Shown here: positions 40,028-42,522 of the stretch, one piece after another
How positions within the stretch are numbered: the first letter of the stretch is position 1
Layout of the letters: every line of letters begins with the position of its first letter
DNA from: a virus
Reading direction: 5' to 3' (one strand)
DNA: 42,522 nt
IMG/VR virus record: IMGVR_UViG_3300045988_097304
Coordinates: 1-42,522 of that record
Translations under genes and position numbers: made by a program
The notes under the pieces: model-generated
Database searches by the model: none
Seen by the model: only the letters and a program-made list of their open reading frames with translations
Told to the model about the DNA's origin: nothing

Positions 40028-40493
40028 CGCCGCGAATCCTCCCTATGTGAATACGCTCGGCGCACGTCCGCCCGCCTGGTGCGTCCGCAGCTGTGAGCCT
40101 GCGCGCACCGCCTGAGTTGGTGCCGTCTCTACCTATATCATCAGCACCCCCCAGCCCCCGCGCACATCGGCGCGCGGTGAAGCCTGCGCCCCTGCGCCTG
40201 CTCGCCCTCTGCGCCTGTCCCTGCGCTCCTGCGCGCGTCCGATCTGCCCCGCGTCAGCTGGTGCGCGTGCTTGTGCGCTCGATTGGCGGCTAGATATAGG
40301 TAAGCGGCTGCACAGCGCAAGCCGCACAGCCGCAAAAACGTATAATCGCCGCCCTGAGGCGGCGACGAAGTCCGCGACCTCGTCCCGCCGTCGGGGACGA
40401 TTATACTGTAACATACTGTCAAGCGTGCCGCAACATGTCCCACCCTGCCAACCCTCAGCGCGTGCGAGGGGAGCGGATCGGCGACCGGAAGCG

Positions 40494-40529
40494 AAACAAA
40501 AAGCCCCGGCGAGCGTCTGCCCGTCGGGG
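40494..40529 (-). terminator. Rho-independent terminator of the RHH gene
   Basis: Minus-strand CCCCGACGGG..CTCGCCGGGG hairpin followed by CTTTTTGTTT. Confidence 0.6.
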
Positions 40530-40534
40530 TGTTG

Positions 40535-40747
40535 TCATGGGGTCTTGTCGTCTCCAGCGTCCGGAGCTGCTGGAGGCAGATGTGGTCTGAGTGTGTCCAA
40601 TATATACCGCTGGACGGATAGCCCAGCAGATGCAGCGGCTGCGCGTATGCGTGCGCCCTCTGCCTTGTCCGGTCTGATCATGATATTGTCGTGATCTCTG
40701 ATATACTGCGCATCATATGCAGCCTTATGCCGCAGATCCCTAGCCAT
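40535..40747 (-). CDS. Ribbon-helix-helix (CopG/Arc-like) DNA-binding protein (70 aa)
   Basis: AAYDAQYIRDHDNIMIRPDKAEGARIRAAAASAGLSVQRYILDTL matches the beta-strand/helix/helix pattern of small plasmid/phage RHH regulators. Confidence 0.55.
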   Translation of the reverse strand: MARDLRHKAAYDAQYIRDHDNIMIRPDKAEGARIRAAAASAGLSVQRYILDTLRPHLPPAAPDAGDDKTP

Positions 40748-40842
40748 ATAATCACCCCCAAGGTTATCTTACCATGCGGCAGAACGGCTGTTAATAGTAA
40801 TGATGTACAAAAAAGACTGTTAACGTTTGTATGGCTTGACGG

Positions 40843-40871
40843 TAGACAAAAGACTGTTAACAGTCTATACT
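40843..40871 (+). promoter_or_regulatory. Promoter TAGACA-17-TATACT of the plus-strand cassette with an operator in the spacer
   Basis: TAGACA at 40843..40848 and TATACT at 40866..40871. The perfect palindrome GACTGTTAACAGTC at 40852..40865 fills the spacer. Confidence 0.5.
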
Positions 40872-40942
40872 GTAAGCACAACAAGGGCAACAGCCCAGAC
40901 AACCGCGACCGCCCCCCAAGAGGGGCAGAAAGGAACGATATT

Positions 40943-41344
40943 ATGAAGACCACTTATGACAGCATCCGTGAAGCGCTGGAAGCCCGCAAAGACCGTAGCG
41001 CGTGGGATCGCGGCGTGACGCAATACGCGCTCGAGCTGGTGGAGCAGCTGGAGACTTACGCCTCTTATGAGGGGCGCGACCCCCAGACGGGCAGCGAGTG
41101 CCGGGCGTGGATGCTCAACGGCGCGAAAGACTGGGCGGCGTACAGCTGGGGCGGCTCATCCTTGATCTATAACAAGGACATCGCCGAGCGTCTCTGCTCC
41201 CCGTCTGAGTTGCGCAAGTCCCGCAACGGCGAGCGCAGACCCAACAGCCGCGAAGAGTGGCTTGATACCCAAGCGCGCGCACTCTGTCAGGCTTGTGACC
41301 GCGTGACCCGTATATATGCGCAGGTGCTGACCGCTGCGGACTGA
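40943..41344 (+). CDS. Cassette gene 1, hypothetical (133 aa)
   Basis: GAAAGGAA RBS. MKTTYDSIREALEARKDRSAWDRGV... No motif recognised. Confidence 0.6.
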   Translation: MKTTYDSIREALEARKDRSAWDRGVTQYALELVEQLETYASYEGRDPQTGSECRAWMLNGAKDWAAYSWGGSSLIYNKDIAERLCSPSELRKSRNGERRPNSREEWLDTQARALCQACDRVTRIYAQVLTAAD

Positions 41345-41430
41345 CACCGCGCCCGAGGTTTTCAGGATGCCCGGCAAACTGGGCATCCCACAAAGCCCCG
41401 GAAAAGGGCTGTAAAGGAGGTTGACCGCAT

Positions 41431-41673
41431 ATGGACAACGCTTTCGCTTTCGATTTCTTTATTTACTCCCGCCCGGCGGGGGAGAAGCGTTTTTTGCTCA
41501 CCGATTTGGCGCGGGGCACCGTCGGCATGGGCAAGGCTTACGCCCCGCGCTACCGCAAGGAACAGCTCGACCAGCTCAAACAGCTGCTTAACCTTGCCGC
41601 CGCCACTTACCCCGGCACGGCTTTCCAACTGCGCCGCCTCGACGGAAAGACCGTTGTATACACGGCGCAATGA
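41431..41673 (+). CDS. Cassette gene 2, hypothetical (80 aa)
   Basis: AAAGGAGG RBS. Confidence 0.6.
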   Translation: MDNAFAFDFFIYSRPAGEKRFLLTDLARGTVGMGKAYAPRYRKEQLDQLKQLLNLAAATYPGTAFQLRRLDGKTVVYTAQ

Positions 41674-41778
41674 TCCCGCCCCGCTCTTCTGAGCGGGAAA
41701 AACCAAAAAAGTATCGCAATGCTTGGCACATTGTGATACTATAATATCAGCGTCCCCCGTGTTAGGGGAAAGAAAGGA

Positions 41779-42297
41779 ATGACTTTGATGGAATATGTAT
41801 TCAACATGGCGCTTAATTCTTGCGCCCCGTATTGCGCAAAGAGCTTTGCCCCGCCTCAGTTGCCCGATAAATATGCGATCTCGGCTTTTTTCGGCGGGCT
41901 TAACCGCTCCGAACGCACCCCTGCTCTCAACCGCGTTGAACACGAGCATGACATCATCATGTTTTGCGTGGCTGTCGATATCCCTGACGATCTCGGCATC
42001 TCCCGCGACGCTCTCAACGCGCTGATCCGCAAAGGTCACCAGACGACGGACGGCAAAGGTAATTACTGCTATATCATTACGCCGATGCTTGCGTGGGATT
42101 TCACGCCGGGGCAGAGCACGGACGGCATCCTAGCTGATGCCGTGTCCTGGATGTCCGCTCTCCATACCGTCAAGCTGTCCTATCCCGATAACGGCGAGCG
42201 CAAAACCGTTCCGCTGTCGGTCAAAAATTGGTGGATAACAGGCGGACGCTTCCCCATCGGCGACGAATATGGATACTATGCCAGACATAACAAGTAA
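41779..42297 (+). CDS. Cassette gene 3, hypothetical (172 aa)
   Basis: GAAAGAAAGGA RBS region. The start could be ATG 41788. Confidence 0.6.
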   Translation: MTLMEYVFNMALNSCAPYCAKSFAPPQLPDKYAISAFFGGLNRSERTPALNRVEHEHDIIMFCVAVDIPDDLGISRDALNALIRKGHQTTDGKGNYCYIITPMLAWDFTPGQSTDGILADAVSWMSALHTVKLSYPDNGERKTVPLSVKNWWITGGRFPIGDEYGYYARHNK

Positions 42298-42322
42298 ACA
42301 TTCGCATAGGAGGAAAAAAATC

Positions 42323-42522
42323 ATGAATAATATGACACTGAAAAAGGGGTATTCGCTCGTTTGGGGCGAACCCGAGGGTTCCGGTTTTTGTGGCGACGGC
42401 ACGACTGTGCCGGTGTCCCTTGTTCGCGAGGGGCAGATTGTGGCAAAGTTTGTCACCTGCCCTTGCGGTCGCGGCTGCGGCAACAAAGACGTCGTGTTGT
42501 GCGACGCTTTGGGCAGCCATGA
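42323..42522 (+). CDS. Cassette gene 4, 5' part of the 78-aa Cys-rich protein continuing at 56..92 across the circular junction
   Basis: AGGAGG RBS before ATG 42323. ..FVTCPCGRGCGNKDVVLCDALGSHDCEPE.. Confidence 0.55.
   Translation, partial: MNNMTLKKGYSLVWGEPEGSGFCGDGTTVPVSLVREGQIVAKFVTCPCGRGCGNKDVVLCDALGSH
42468..42522. repeat. Terminal overlap copy 2 (identical to 1..55)
   Basis: See copy 1. Confidence 0.95.

Larger units (their letters stand above)
1..42522. mobile_element. Complete circular temperate phage genome (unique length 42,467 bp) with lysogeny, replication, packaging, morphogenesis and lysis modules
   Basis: Exact 55-bp end overlap. Integrase, CI/Cro switch and attP-like tRNA fragment are present, together with TerS/TerL/portal/capsid/holin/endolysin. 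No host housekeeping genes. Confidence 0.85.

Noticed and set aside
40181-40236. CRISPR-like or microsatellite array (CCTGCGC repeats)
   Set aside because: The units are 7 nt with irregular 1-15 nt spacing. There are no 25-40 nt repeats or spacers and no cas genes. Not a CRISPR array; kept only as part of the non-coding-region finding.
40340-40406. tRNA-like element (7-bp outer stem enclosing hairpins)
   Set aside because: It has only two internal hairpins, no D arm, no T-loop consensus and no CCA. It is reported only as a structured element within the non-coding region.
41362-42039. 225-aa minus-strand ORF across the plus-strand cassette
   Set aside because: It overlaps two RBS-supported plus-strand genes, has no RBS, and has Arg/Gly/Ala-biased composition. 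It is a shadow ORF.

Overview
The window is one complete, circularly closed genome of a GC-rich temperate phage. Bases 1-55 repeat 42468-42522 exactly, so the unique length is 42,467 bp. Almost all genes are on the minus strand. Packaging, morphogenesis and lysis run 39635->15697: TerS, a degenerate TerL-ATPase paralog, TerL, portal, scaffold, HK97-type capsid, connector-sized ORFs, a 2816-aa polyvalent protein with a HEIGH zincin motif, BppU-like, glycine-rich and collagen-motif fibres, an NlpC/P60+SH3b endolysin and an LL-H/TcdE-type holin. A six-gene accessory operon (15584->12819) follows and abuts attP. attP (12571-12811) carries a tRNA 3' fragment with its own terminator, flanked by 20-bp arm-like repeats. 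The integrase, a membrane ORF and a CI-like XRE repressor are on the plus strand (10344-12571). A divergent-promoter switch (10203-10343) faces a Cro-like gene that heads the early/replication operon (10202->177). That operon encodes Erf, SSB, a DnaD-like organizer with internal 11-bp iterons, a G39P-like loader, a frameshifted Dam, MazG, three Cys-rich paralogs, RuvC and a sigma-like regulator. Between the end of the early operon and terS lie two unusual regions. One is a reverse-oriented four-gene cassette under RHH/palindrome control (40535-42522 plus 1-92). The other is a ~0.8-kb ORF-free, repeat- and hairpin-dense GC-rich region. I saw no tail tube/sheath/tape-measure set, reverse transcriptase, CRISPR array or complete tRNA. 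All functional calls come from motif recognition by eye and gene order; no database search was possible. The host class (spore-forming Clostridia-like Firmicute) is an inference.
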